Shown: positions 37,410 through 50,060, numbered from the stretch's first letter. The stretch is 64,000 nucleotides of DNA from Desulfomonilia bacterium (GCA_963664325.2 CAXXDQ010000008.1:1-64000), one strand, 5' to 3'. Made by a program: numbers and translations. Notes: generated from the letters alone by a model not told the origin.

Positions 37410-38387
37410 ATGGTTAATGATTCAGGAAAAGTAATGGCTCTGGATGAAGCAATTAGCGCATACGTGAAAGATGGTTGCCATATTTCCATTGGCGGATTCA
37501 CCTTGAACAGAAATCCAATGGCAGCTGTTTATGAAATTATGCGCCAGAGAATCAGGAATCTGCATTGTTATGCCCATTCAAATGGGACCGGCGTTGACGA
37601 ACTCATCGGTGCCGGATGCATTTCCAAGCTCGAAATTGCCTATGGCGGAAACGGAAAAGCGGCACCTACCTGCATCCGGTTCCGGTCAGCCATTCAGAGG
37701 GGAAAAATTCAGTACGAAGATTATTCAAATTACCACATGTCCCTGCGTTTCCATGCCGGCGCCATGGGGGTTCCCTTTATCGCTACAAGATCGGGAATGG
37801 GAACGGACCTCGTGGAGAAATGGGGGTTTTCCAAGGAAATGCGGCAAGGCGATCCAAGATTGCCCAACAAGAAACTGGTCGTATTGGATAATCCTTTCGA
37901 AGGCTGGGGTGGTGCTTCCAAGGTTCTCCTGATTCCGGCAATCAATCCTGATGTTACCATCATTCATGTTCAGAAAGCGGATAAATTCGGCACATGCCGA
38001 ATGGAAGGCTTGACTTTCTGTGATACGGATCAGGCAAAAGCGGCCAAGAATGTGATTGTGACGTGCGAAGAAATTGTCGACACGGAAGAATTGAGAATGG
38101 AGCCCGAAGCCAATCAGATACCCTTCATTCATGTAACAGCCGTTGTCCATGTCCCTTATGGCGCTTATCCGTCCGCTTGTTATCGTTATTATGATTATGA
38201 TCCTCATTATCTGAGTCAGCACAGCAAATATGCCAAGGATGATGGGCTTTATGATGAGTATCTGGAAAAATTTGTTTATGGCGTGAAAAATCATGAAGGC
38301 TTGTTGAAACTCGTCGGTCAAGAACAGCTAGCCAGGATATCCGCGGATAAGCGGACCGGATACGCCACGAATCTGGATAGAAGATAA
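37410..38387 (+). CDS. gctA: Glutaconate CoA-transferase subunit A (class I)
   Basis: KVMALDEAI..V.DG..I.IGGF..RNP.A; genomic context. Confidence 0.75.
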   Translation: MVNDSGKVMALDEAISAYVKDGCHISIGGFTLNRNPMAAVYEIMRQRIRNLHCYAHSNGTGVDELIGAGCISKLEIAYGGNGKAAPTCIRFRSAIQRGKIQYEDYSNYHMSLRFHAGAMGVPFIATRSGMGTDLVEKWGFSKEMRQGDPRLPNKKLVVLDNPFEGWGGASKVLLIPAINPDVTIIHVQKADKFGTCRMEGLTFCDTDQAKAAKNVIVTCEEIVDTEELRMEPEANQIPFIHVTAVVHVPYGAYPSACYRYYDYDPHYLSQHSKYAKDDGLYDEYLEKFVYGVKNHEGLLKLVGQEQLARISADKRTGYATNLDRR

Positions 38388-38408
38388 AAGGTATCAGGAG
38401 GGCAGATA

Positions 38409-39170
38409 ATGAATTACACATTAAGAGAAATGATGACCATCATGGCGGCCAGAGAAATCCGCGACGGCGATATCGTCTTTTGCGGAACGGGTATCTCCAT
38501 GGTTGCCGCCATGGCGGCCAAACATATCAATGCGCCGCATAGTATCACGTTTTTTGAGACGGGGGCCATCGATTCGCGGCTGGAAGAAATCCCCATGGCC
38601 GTGTCCGATCCGCGAGTCATGTATGGTGCTGCGTCAAACGGCGGTCTTCTGGATGCGTTTGCCACCATGCAGAACCGCATAACCGGAGACCATGTCATTG
38701 GCATACTGGGTGCGGCACAGGTGGACAAATACGGGAACCTGAATTCGACCTGCATCGGCGATTATTACCGTCCGGAGACACGTTTTTCAGGAAGCGGCGG
38801 GGCCTGCGATGTCGCTTCCTTTGTCCCTCGCTGCATCATTTTCATGCAGCATGAAAAGAGGAAATTCCCGGTAAAAGTCGATTATCTCACCAGCCCCGGT
38901 TATCTTGACGGACCCGGAGGGCGGGAGAGGGCCGGACTGCTGCCTGGCGGTCCCACGGCTGTCATCACGAATCTTGCGGTCATGCATTTCGATGATCAGA
39001 CCAAAGAAATGTATCTGGCATACTATTATCCGGGAATAACACCACAGCAAGTCCTTGATAACATGGAATTTACCGTGGATGTCACCAGGGCGGTCGAAGC
39101 GACGCCGCCTACGGAAAGGGAACTGAAAATACTCAGGGAGACAGTCGATCCGCAAAAATTAATTTTATAG
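38409..39170 (+). CDS. gctB: Glutaconate CoA-transferase subunit B
   Basis: Catalytic FETG; LGAAQVDKYGNLNST; GSGGACD. Confidence 0.75.
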   Translation: MNYTLREMMTIMAAREIRDGDIVFCGTGISMVAAMAAKHINAPHSITFFETGAIDSRLEEIPMAVSDPRVMYGAASNGGLLDAFATMQNRITGDHVIGILGAAQVDKYGNLNSTCIGDYYRPETRFSGSGGACDVASFVPRCIIFMQHEKRKFPVKVDYLTSPGYLDGPGGRERAGLLPGGPTAVITNLAVMHFDDQTKEMYLAYYYPGITPQQVLDNMEFTVDVTRAVEATPPTERELKILRETVDPQKLIL

Positions 39171-39199
39171 AACGGAAAAGGAATGCAGAGGAAGATACT

Positions 39200-39440
39200 G
39201 CGAAAGAATTCCGTCCAGTCGGAGAAGGCCTTACCGGAGGTGATCCCGGTGCCGGCCTTTGCGTACCGATGGGCGATGAATCGGATGAAGAGATTGCACG
39301 CCTCTCGGCCGATCGGCGTATAGCCCACCTCGTCCACGATCACCAACGCCGATTGATTGTAGCCTCTTCCTCTGCCTTTGCGCTCGGCATGATGATCTTT
39401 TGTCAGCTTGCCGAGCAGGTCCTCCATAGTGGTAAAATAG
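39200..39440 (-). pseudogene. istB: IS21-family IstB helper ATPase fragment
   Basis: LVIVDEVGY.PI.RE...F..IAHRY...ITS.KAFSDW.E.F. Confidence 0.75.
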
Positions 39441-39479
39441 ATACACATACTATTTCGCTTTCAAATGGGTGCATAAATA

Positions 39480-40120
39480 TAACCATCATGGTCCAGACGG
39501 GATCCGGTTACAAGGGCGAGGAGGGAGACGATCCGGGCTTTCAACAATGGAGGAGGAGAAGGATTTGTTAGCGCAGATCCGTTCGCAGGCAGAAGGGGGA
39601 AGGATTCTTACGGCTCAGGCCGTCAAGGGCATATAGAAGAAAAAACAGGGAAGGAAGTATCGAAAGACCACCCTTACGATATTCTTCACCGACAGGGATG
39701 GCGTAAAGTAATGCCTCGACCTCTGCATTCCAAGGCAGATAAGGAAGAATAGGAAACTTTTTTAAAAAAAATCGGAGTTGGTGGCAGGCGCCGCAGAAAA
39801 GTTCGGCAAACAAGACAATCAACCCATGAACGCCTCTTCCAGGAGGAAGGTCGATGGGGGAGGGTTGCAGATCCCACGCGCTGTTGGGCGCCTGAGGGCA
39901 TTCGGCCGATAGTCCCTGCCCATATTGTCAGAGAATATCCGCATTATTTACCAATCGCCTTATTCACCGGAACTCAATCCCGCTGAACATCTTTTGGGAA
40001 TATATCCGAAAAAACTTCCTTCGCAATCGTATAGGGCCTTCGATAATGGCATTGGAAGACGCTCTGGAAAACAGAATGACAATCCATAAAAATATTCATT
40101 CTGAAATAATTTCAGTTTTA
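39480..40120 (+). pseudogene. Degraded IS630-family transposase
   Basis: Broken frames give GWRKVMPRP, FQEEGR, RCWAPEGIRP and PYSPELNPAEHL; boundaries approximate. Confidence 0.75.
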
Positions 40121-40228
40121 ATACCCATCCGGCCCCGTGAGAGCGCATGGATTTTTTTAATTTATAATGAACAACATGGCGATTTATGTTATTAAATAGA
40201 GCTTCCAACCGTTTCGGAAAGGTTTGAT

Positions 40229-41634
40229 ATGGATGAAAAAGCAGAATTAGCGAAGCTGGCTAAACTGGGAGAGGGCTTCATCTATTCCCTCATCGACAAT
40301 CCCTATGAATGCCCCATTATTATCGACAACAAGGGCATTATCCGCTTTATGAGCCGTTACAGTAAAAAATTGATCAAAATTGACCCGGATGAGGCTGTAG
40401 GGAAACACATAGTTGAAATTATTCCGGAAACGCATCTTCATGAAATATTAAAGGATGGCAAGGCCCGGATCGGCGATACCCTGTTTATTGGCGGACGTCA
40501 GCAAGTCATAACAAGAATTCCGCTGAAGGATATGAAGGGCAAGATTATCGGGGCCGTCGGCAAGGGAATTTTTAACGAAACATCCAAAGTTCTAGTGCTC
40601 AATCGCCGGATCGAACAGCTCAATGGAGAATTGCAATATCTCCAAAAGCAACTGGACATACGCAAGGCCGGTACGGTGATTATTGGCGAATCGCCGCAGG
40701 TGCAGGCCATAAAGGCCAGCGCTTTTCACGCGGCTCGGAGCAATGCCTCCGTGCTGATAACCGGTGAGTCGGGAACGGGCAAGGAGGTCATTGCCCAGTA
40801 CATCCACCAGTGCAGCCCGCGGGCTAAAGGACCGTTCATCAGGGTCAACTGTGCCTCCATCCCGTCGGAACTGTTTGAAAGCGAGCTGTTCGGTTATGAT
40901 GAAGGTGCGTTTACCGGAGCCCGTACAAAAGGAAAACCCGGAAAATTTGAACTGGCCAACGGGGGCACCATCTTTCTCGATGAAATTGCCGAATTACCCC
41001 TTCCGATGCAAGCCAAGCTGCTCCGTGTTCTGCAGGAAAAGGCCGTAGACCGGCTTGGGGCCACTAAATTGACGACTTTGGATTTCCGGCTGGTCGCGGC
41101 CACCAACAGAGATCTTCTTGCTTTGGTAAAAAATGGTTTATTCCGGATGGACCTTTATTTCCGGATTGATGTTTTTCAGATCCAGGCTGCCAGTTTGAGA
41201 GAAATAAAAGAAGATATTCCTTTGATATGTATGCATTTGATGTCATTGTTGAAGGACGAGATCGGAACGGGACCATCCAAAATATCGGTAGAGGCTATGG
41301 ATGCTCTGAGGCGTTATACATGGCCCGGCAATGTCCGGGAGTTAAGGAATGTCCTGGAAAGAGCGCTTATTGTGGCCAACGGCGATGAGATCCAGTTGGA
41401 GGACCTCCCCAAGAGGATCCGGAGCCACGGCCTGGATAATGAGCAGATCAAACAGTATTGATATTAAAGGAACGCTCCGGCAATTGCTTGAAGAAGCGGA
41501 AAAAACAGGCTATCCGCGCTGCCCTGCATCACGCCAAAGGAAATAAAGTGAAAGCGGCAAAAGCCCTTGGCATTCACCGTTCTTCTCTCTATGAGAAATT
41601 AAATCGGTTACCCCAAGAGGGAACTGACCAATAA
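40229..41634 (+). CDS. PAS-domain sigma54 activator (frameshifted before the Fis HTH)
   Basis: [22 protein letters not shown]; HTH GNKVKAAKALGIHRSSLYEKL in another frame. Confidence 0.88.
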
Positions 41635-41681
41635 AAGCCTTAAAAGGAGAAGGGAGATGGCAGAATAAAGGCATGCATAGC

Positions 41682-41891
41682 TGTCTGAATTACAGGACAT
41701 GTCCTAAAATTTATACACATGATAATTTATTAAAATAATCAAATAGATACGTTGATATCACTTTTTTTATAAGGAATTAAATGTCCTAAATATCAGACAT
41801 TTAATTTGATAAATTCTATACAATCCTTGGCGCAAAAGATATTTAATCTTTGTTAAATAAGTAGGTTACATCAATTGGTATCTATTTTGCG
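41682..41891 (+). promoter_or_regulatory. Sigma54 promoter with three TGTC-N10-GACA-like sites
   Basis: Sites at 41682, 41700 and 41782; TGGTATCTATTTTGCG at 41876. Confidence 0.75.
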
Positions 41892-41990
41892 TATGGAATG
41901 CAAGCTTTAAAACATAAATCGAAGCAAATTATTAATTTCATCTATGAACAAAATTGCAAATAAATTGAATTGAAGAATGGAGGAAGAAAA

Positions 41991-43157
41991 ATGGAATTCG
42001 GATTGTCGGAAGAATTAATCATGTTGAGGGATACGGTTCGTGATTTTGCGGCCGAAAAGATTGCACCGTATGCGGATGAATGGGACATGAATCATTATTT
42101 CCCCTATAAGGAAGCTGTGAAGCCGATGGGAGATCTGGGATTTTTCGGGACGGTCATTTCCTGAGGAGTACGGCGGAAACGGCATGGGCTGGCTGGCGGC
42201 CATGATCATTACGGAAGAGATCGCACGGGCGTCGAGTTCGCTCCGGGTCCAGGTGAACATGCAGGAATTGGGCTGTGCCTTTACGATCCTGCGTTATGGC
42301 AGCGACGAGCTGAAAAAGAAGTATATTCCCGGGCTGGTCAGCGCGGATATCCTGGGTGCTTTTGCCATCACGGAACCGCAGGCGGGCTCCGATGTCATGG
42401 CTATCGCGTCGACGGCGGAAGACAAGGGAGACCACTGGCTGGTTAACGGGACTAAAACCTGGATCTCAAATGCCACGATCGGCGACATCAATGTATTTTA
42501 TGCCTACACGGAATAAGTCGAAAGGGGCCACGGGCCTGTCCGCATTTATTGTCGAACTCAAGAATTTTAACGGCATAACCGTGACGGACCTGGACAAACT
42601 GGGTTCCCGGTCTTCACCCACGGGTGAGATCATCCTTGAGAACACCAAGATCCCGAAAGGGAACATCCTGGGCAAGCCGGGCGACGGTGCGAAGATTGTT
42701 TTCGGATCTCTCAGCCAGAGCCGTCTGTCGGCAGCAGCGGGAGGCATCGGGCTGGCCCAGGCGTGTCTGGATGCGGTGACGAAGTATGCCATGGAACGGG
42801 TACAGTTCGGCCAGGCGATCGGCTTGTTCCAGATGAACCAGGACCTGATCGGACAGATGGTTGCGGAGATCGAGGCGGCGCGGTTCATGGTCTACAAAGC
42901 GGCGTGGCAGAAGGATCAGGGGAACCTGGGAAACAATCTGGAAGTGGCGGCGGCGAAATATCTGGCCGGTGAGCTGGCTTATAAGTGTTCCCAGTATGCC
43001 ATGAGAATTCTGGGCGCCCTACGGTTATTCGACGGAATACCCGGTTGCACGGTACTTCCGCGATGCACCGACGTACGCCATGGTGGAAGGATCCGCCAAT
43101 GTTTGCAAATTTATCATGGCCCAGGATCAATTGGGTATCCGCAAGGCGAATCGCTAG
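41991..43157 (+). CDS. Glutaryl-CoA dehydrogenase, non-decarboxylating type (frameshifted)
   Basis: Acyl-CoA DH motifs FAITEP.AGSD, GTKTWISN and MVEGSANVCK over several frames; adjacent to gcdA. Confidence 0.78.
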
Positions 43158-43181
43158 ACAGCGAAAGAAGGAGCTATCAAT

Positions 43182-44990
43182 ATGAGACAGTATTTTGAGA
43201 AGATGGATGATTTGGGGGAAACCGTTGCGGCCGAAGCAAATTGAAGGCATGCGGGAAAACGCGGCCGAAATCGAGGCGATCATGGGTGAGATTGATGCCG
43301 AGGTCGAGCGAATCAAGAATTACGGCGTCACAACGGAAGAACTGCACAAGCGGGGAGAGATGACGGTATGGGAGCGGATCGAATATGTGGTTGATCCGGG
43401 CACGTTCTGCCCGCCTCCATACGATTTACGATCCGGACCATGAGGAGTCGGGACAAACGAACGTGGTGGATGGCTTGGCCCGGATCAACGGCAAGTGGTG
43501 CGTCATCATCGGATTCAACAACAAATGGATTGCCGGGGCCTGGATTGCGGGCCAGGCGGATAACAATCTCAGAGTGACGGACATGGCCAAAACTTTACAC
43601 TTGCCCCTCGTGTGGCTGGTAAACTGTTCCGGTGTGAAACTGCCTGAGCAGGAGAAAGTCTATGCCAACCGGAGAGGACAGGGGACATGCTTTTTCCGCC
43701 ATGCGGAACTGGAGCAGGACGGTTTGCCGGTCATTGCAGGGATTTACGGGACAAATCCTGCCGGCGGCGGCTACCAGGGCATCAGCCCGACGATTCTTCT
43801 GGCCCACAAAAAATGCAACATTGCCGTGGGCGGCGGGTGGTATTGTCAGTGGGATGACTCCGAAGGGTTCGTTTGACCTGGAGGGCGCGGAGGCCCTGAT
43901 CGAGGCGACCAGGCATTTTAAAGCGGTTCCGCCTGGGAGCGTGAATATCCACTATAATGCAACGGGCTTTTTCAAGGCCGTCTACGAGACGGAAACGGCT
44001 GTTCTGGATGCCATCAAGGAGTGGGTGACCTATTTGCCCGCCTATAATCCTAAATTTTTCCGGGTGGCGGAACCGGCGGAGCCGAAGTTTCCCCTTTCGG
44101 ATTTGTCTTCCATCATTCCGGTGAACAAGAAGAAGGTCTATTCCTTTGATGAGGTTCTGGCCAGACTGACGGATAATTCGGAACACATGGAGTTTCGTCC
44201 CGGTTATGGTCCCGAGATGTACTGCGGCCTGGTAAAGGTGGACGGCTTTTTGCTGGGTGTGATCGGGAACCGTCAGGGATTGATTCCCAACTATCCGGAA
44301 TACACCAACGAGTACCACGGCATTGGTGGGAAGCTCTACCGCCAGGGGCTCATTAAGATGAATGAGTTTGTAACGCTCTGCGCCCGTGACCGGGTTCCCA
44401 TCATCTGGTTCCAGGACACATCGGGCATCGACGTGGGCGACACTGCCGAGAAGGCGGAGCTTCTCGGTTTGGGACAGTCGCTGATTTATTCCATCGAGCA
44501 GACGGAATTGCCCATGATGCTGGTCGTGCTGCGGAAGGGCACTGCGGCGGCGCATTACGTTTTGGGAGGCCCCACGGCGAACAACAACAATGCCTTTACG
44601 TTGGGCACTGCGGCGACGGAGATCAACGTGATGCATGGCGAAACGGCTGCGGCGGCAAGTTATGCGCGGCGTTTGGTGAAGGAAAAGGATTCGGGGAAGT
44701 CCCTTGATCCGGTAATCGATAAGATGAATGTTTTGGTAAAGCATTACGAGGACACATCACGGCCGTTTTACTGTGCAAAGACCGGTTTTGTGGATGAGGT
44801 GGTGCGCTACGAGGCGATCCGGAAGTACATGATCGCTTTTGCGAACGGCGTCTACCAGAACCCGAAGTCCATCTGCCCGCAGCATCATATGATCCTGCCC
44901 AGAATGATCCGCTCACAGGTTGTAACGGGGTTTGCCCCGGCCCGTATAGGGGAAGTGAACGGACGTCTTTCGGGAAACAAATTGTCGTGA
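43182..44990 (+). CDS. gcdA: Glutaconyl-CoA decarboxylase alpha subunit (frameshifted)
   Basis: VNCSGV, GTNPAGGGY, GGKLYRQGLIKMNEFV, RKGTAAAHY, SICPQHHM. Confidence 0.88.
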
Positions 44991-45067
44991 AAAGATAATT
45001 TTTGGGTGAACCCGTGGCTCAAGCGGCCGCGGATTCACACTTAAAATAATAATAAGAGGTTTTTAAT

Positions 45068-46455
45068 ATGAAAAAGACTTATATTATTAGTATTTTATTC
45101 TTTCTAGCCGGGATCGTCTTCGGGACCGACCTGCTGGCACAGGCTGCGCCCATTGCAGCCAAAAACAGCCAGATGCTTGGCATTTTATCCTTGGTTGCGT
45201 TGGTCATTGCCGTTGTCATCAGTTGCTTTTCCGAACGTAATGTCGGTATTATGTGTATCGCTTTTGGGTTCATTATTGCCATGCTGCCGGGCAGTGCCCT
45301 GAAAGTGGGTGATTTGGCAAAGTTTTTCCCGCTAAAATTGTTTATGATCCTGGTGGGAGCGACCTTGCTTTTCAGTATGGCCACCATTAACGGGACCGTG
45401 GAAAAGCTGGCCAAATGGGGCGGTAAAAGGATCACGCGGCATTGTGGGAATGCTGCCGATTATTTTTTTCGTCTTGTCGGTTGTCCTTGCTTCCATCGGG
45501 GCCGGGGAATATCGCAACCGTCGTCGTGCTGGCGCCTATCGGTATGGCCCTCAGCGGCGCCACACGGATCAGCCCTTTCCTCATGACGCTTATGATCGTC
45601 AACGGAGCCAACGCAGGCGCTTTGTCGCCGCTGGCCCCGACCGGGATTATTGCCAACGGTTTGGTTGATAAAATTCATATGGAATACATCGGCGGGCAGA
45701 TTTACCTGAATTCGCTGCTGGGAAATGGTGTCGCCGCCGCCTTTGCCTTTTTTGCCTTCGGCGGCCTCAAGTTGTTTCGGAAGCAAGGTGGATCCTGAGA
45801 TGCGGTTTCGGGTCAAAGAAATTGTCGATCAACCCATCGAACCCTGGAACCGGAAGCAGCTGATCAGTGTAATCGCCATCGCCGCCTGGATTATCCTGGT
45901 TCTGTTCTTCAAGTGGGATGTAGGCTATACGGCCTTGATGTTCGCCGTTATCCTCTCGCTCCTTAACTGTGGCCGATGAACAGGAAGCGATGAAGAAGCA
46001 ACCTTGGTTTACCATGTTCATGCTCGTCGGCGTCATGGTCCTGGTAGAGGTTGCCGGATCGACAGGCGGCCTGGACTATGCAACCTCGGCCATTGCCTCT
46101 TTCTCCAGCACCATGACCATTTCCACCATCTTCGGGTTCATCAACGGTTTCGTCTCCATCTACAGCGGTTCGTCCGCCGTCGTCATGCCGACCTTTATTC
46201 CCCTGATACCGGGATTGGTGGCAAAGCTGGGTGTCGTCGGGGGCCGATGCAGTCAACATGGCCCGCAATCTGGTGTATACGAGCTGTGTTTCGGCGCACC
46301 TGGTTGATGCCAGTCCGCTTTCACTCCTGGGTGCCCTCTGTATCGCCGCGGCTCCGGAGTGGGAAGATCGGAACAAGCTGTTCCGAAAGCTCCTGATCTG
46401 GGGTATGGCCATGTCCGTATTCGCCGCCGTGATCAGTTTCATCTTCTGGAGATAA
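45068..46455 (+). CDS. Dicarboxylate carrier (MatC/SLC13-like; frameshifted)
   Basis: ANAGALSPLAPTGII and DASPLSLLGAL motifs; multiple TM segments. Confidence 0.78.
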
Positions 46456-46563
46456 GAAGCAGCGACATCGGAAATGAGCGAAAACACTCGAGGAAGTTGG
46501 TCGTAATCCGAATCTGTTCATGGGGACCCCTCCTAAACTCCCCCCATCCCCCATGAACAACTC

Positions 46564-46595
46564 AAGGAAGGTGGCGGTTAATAGCCACCTTCCTT
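46564..46595. terminator. Terminator hairpin between convergent genes
   Basis: AAGGAAGGTGGC-N8-GCCACCTTCCTT. Confidence 0.65.
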
Positions 46596-46622
46596 AGATA
46601 GCTGTGTTGTTTTAATCCGGGA

Positions 46623-47936
46623 TTATGCCTGCGTATGCAGAATCGGCAGCCCCAGGTGCTTCCGTTTCGTTTCGCCGAATAATCGGGTTTGTTCCCGGAC
46701 CGTCGCCGCGCCCCTTTTACCGTTACCTATTGCCTCAATGGCATGCGACCCGCCCAGATGGAGGGTATGCTTGCCGTATTTCGCGTTGAGTTCATCGACG
46801 GCCTTGTAAATCTCATGAATTTTCACCACTCTCACGGGGTCCTCAAAAAGCGAGCATTGAATCTGCGTGTCCCGGCGACAGTTCCAGGAGAATAATCCCT
46901 GTTGCCCGATACAGATCACTGGCACGGTGGAGGCCGTCGAATTGATTTTTCAGGATGCCGGTCAATTCCAGGGGATAATTTGACGGACGATTCAGCTTGA
47001 CTTCGGAGGGCAGCGGTCTCGAAGCTCTGCGTCTTCAGGAAGGAGACGATCCTGCCGGCTGCCAATCGATACCGCCTGGCCTTTATGCAGGCCGATTCCA
47101 GATTTCTCAGGAGCTGGGCGAAGAGGTAATCCGGGTTGTTTGTCGGGGGGGCAAAGGTTTTCGTCTTGCTGATGGAGGCGTAAGAGCTCTTTGCTTCATC
47201 CGTGACGGGAAGCACCGATTCCCCGCGGAGCTCCTGCCATATTTCCACGCCCGGCTTGGTGAGACGCTTCCGGACAGCAGTTTCCGGCAAACGGGCAAAT
47301 TCCAGGGCCGTCCGGATGCCGAGCTTGTTGAGATAGTTGGTCGTGGCCGGACCGATGCCCCAGATCTTTCCGATGGGCACGTCTTGAAGATAGGCGGCAA
47401 TGGCGCGTCCGGGGATGATGGTCCTTCCCCGCGGCTTCCGATACTTCGAGGCCAATTTGGCCAGGACCTTGGACAGGCTGAGGCCGATGGATACACTGAT
47501 GGCCAGCTCTCGGCTGATTTCCCGCCTGGATGGCGGCGGCAATCTGCTCATAGGAGCCGTGGAGAACCCGCCGCATTCCCGTAATGTCTGCGAAAGCCTC
47601 ATCGACGGAGTACTCCTCCACCTGGGGGGGTAAAGCGGCGGATGATGCCGAACATTCGCCGGGAAAACAGGGAGTAAGTCTCGTAATCGGGAAGGCAGAA
47701 CGACCAGACCGGGGACATAACCGGCGGGCTTCACGGATCGACACGCCGCGCTTGATTCCCATGGCTTTGGCAGCATAGCTGGCGCAGGCGATGATGCCCC
47801 GCTCTGCACCTGTAACGATGGGCTTGCCGCGCAATTCCGGATGGATGGCCTCTTCGCAGGAAGCGAAGAAGGCATCGGCGTCGATATGCAGGATGGCCCG
47901 GGGCCAATCGTATAGGCTGAAGACCGTATCGTTCAT
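46623..47936 (-). CDS. dinB: DNA polymerase IV (Y family; frameshifted)
   Basis: ILHIDADAFFASCE, ASYAAK, YSVDEAF, KVLAKLAS, IWGIG. Confidence 0.9.
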
Positions 47937-47942
47937 GGACGC

Positions 47943-47972
47943 CATTTAATAGAACAAATGTTCTATTGTCAA
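47943..47972 (-). promoter_or_regulatory. dinB promoter with GAAC-N4-GTTC (LexA/SOS-like) operator
   Basis: Minus strand TTGACA-ATAGAACATTTGTTCTA-TTAAAT. Confidence 0.7.
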
Positions 47973-48049
47973 GGAAAGAAAAAGCGCCCGATTCACGTTC
48001 CTCACCATATTTTGTGGTCGTGATTCCAGAGACATACAAGTCCGTTTTG

Positions 48050-49320
48050 TTACCCTCTTTTTGACAGCATGGCCGTCACCGCGATGGCGGCGGCAAAAGA
48101 CAGGAGAAAAACGATGAGCAGGCTCGGTAAGCGGCAAAGGAATACATTCCCGCTTGTGCAGCCGGGAATTGCTGCAACAGGAATCCCGTAAAAGGCTGGT
48201 AGAGGACGGTCCCGACAAAGGCGGCCATATTCATCAGACCGCTGGCGGTTCCCATCAGTTCCGGCGGGAAGAGATTCCTGGTGATGGTAAACATGATAGG
48301 GGCCGTTCCCCCCGCCGGCGACGCCGAAAACAAAAAAAGGGGCGGAAGGATATAGAGGAACGTCCGGCCCTGAAGAAAGAGCAAAACGAACCACCCGAAA
48401 AGACTGGCGACCAGAGCGCCAATCAGGACTTTGTTCCGGCCCAGGGTCAGCTTATTGGTGAAGAACCCCAGGCCGGGACCGCCCACGGCGAATCCGAGCG
48501 GCAGGAGCATCAACACCCATTCCGGCCTCGACCCGGTTAAGCTCGAAAACGTCCATGAGATAGGGGATGGCCCATAAGCTTTGAAATGTTATGATGGCGC
48601 CGCCGGAAAAAAAGGACGAAAAGGGCGAGCATCCAGAAATCGAAATTCCTCAGGATGAACCCCAGCCGGTTCCCCGCTCCTTTCTTTTCTTCAGATCGGC
48701 CCTGGTAGAGGCAATCCAAACGCGGGGAACGGCGGGCCACCCGAGATCTTCCGGCCGGTCCCGGAGAATGAGCCAACAGGCAATGCCCAGGACCAGGGAC
48801 AAGACGCCGATACTCACAAAAGCAGCCCGCCAACCGATCCACAAGACGAGATATGTCAGGGGAAGGGCCGCAGAAAGGGCGCCCAAGCCGCCGATGGTCA
48901 ATATCAACCCCGTCATGACGGCGAACTCATCGACGCGGTACCATTGTGAAAAACTTTTCAGGGCCGGGATAAAGATGCCTCCCGCACCGGCGCCAATCAA
49001 TATTCTTCCTGTAATCAGCAGGGTCGTATTGGCTGCCGTGCCGAAAATGACGGCCCCGATGGCGCTAACAATGAATGAGACCGTCATGACCAGCCTGGAG
49101 CCTACCGTATCGGACAGATAACCCACGACCGGCTGGGGCAACGGCATACAGATAAAAATATGAGGAAGCGATAATGCCGAGCAGAACGGCATCGGCGTTG
49201 AACGAGAGCGCCAGGTCCCGGGCGATGACGGTGGGTGACATACGCTGCAGTGTAGACCAGGAAATAGAGCGTCCCGATGAGTCCGAACATCATCCAGCGA
49301 TATTTTTTAAAATCATTCAT
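48050..49320 (-). CDS. MFS transporter (frameshifted)
   Basis: VGYLSDTVGSR, GRILIGAG, GWRAAF. Confidence 0.82.
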
Positions 49321-49380
49321 GAAGGCATGCTTATAACATAACTTGCATTGGAAAAGATAATTATGTGGAAGAAACTTTTC

Positions 49381-49434
49381 TTGACAACCTCCATGGCGTA
49401 TGTTACTAGCCATAGAAATAAGACCGACCGGTCT
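49381..49434 (+). promoter_or_regulatory. TetR promoter/operator
   Basis: TTGACA at 49381; palindrome AGACCG-AC-CGGTCT at 49421. Confidence 0.6.
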
Positions 49435-49457
49435 CCCTTTTGTTGGAAAGATTACCG

Positions 49458-50060
49458 ATGGTAAGCGCCGTATCTCTCAAAGAAAGAATCGTTTATGAAT
49501 CTTTGAAACTTTTTTCGTTAAAAGGATTTCTCAGCACTTCCACGCAAGATATTATGCGGGAAGCCAAAAACGTCGAAGGGGGGGCTGTACAACCACTTCA
49601 AAAGCAAGGACGATATCTTTGCCGCGGTCTTAAGCGAGGCGCGCAAAATCTGGCGTGACCGGAACCTGGCGGGTCTGGAGCAAATTCGGGAACCGGTAGC
49701 CAAAGTAAAGCAGCTTTTAAGAAAATTACCGGGACCGGTATCTGACAGACCGGGAAACTTTTCCCGGCGGCTGCATCTTCGTGACGCTGTCCGTCGAGTT
49801 GGCATGATCAAAACGCCTTCTTTTCAAAGGCCTTGAATGAAGGTTTCGTTAAGTTCAAGGCCATGATCAAACGGTTACTGGACGAGGGAAAGGAAACGGG
49901 GGACATCCGGGAAGATGTGAATACGGAAATCGTATCGGAGATGATCTTTGCCGGCATGCTGGGGGCATCCGTCATATACGGGACAGAAAAATCCGAGGCC
50001 GTGCTGGATCGCTGCATTGAAGCCTTCATTGACTATCTGGACAGCTTAAGGAAGGCTTGA
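49458..50060 (+). CDS. TetR-family regulator (frameshifted)
   Basis: LFSLKGF.STSTQDI..A..SKGGLYNHFKSK across frames. Confidence 0.82.
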
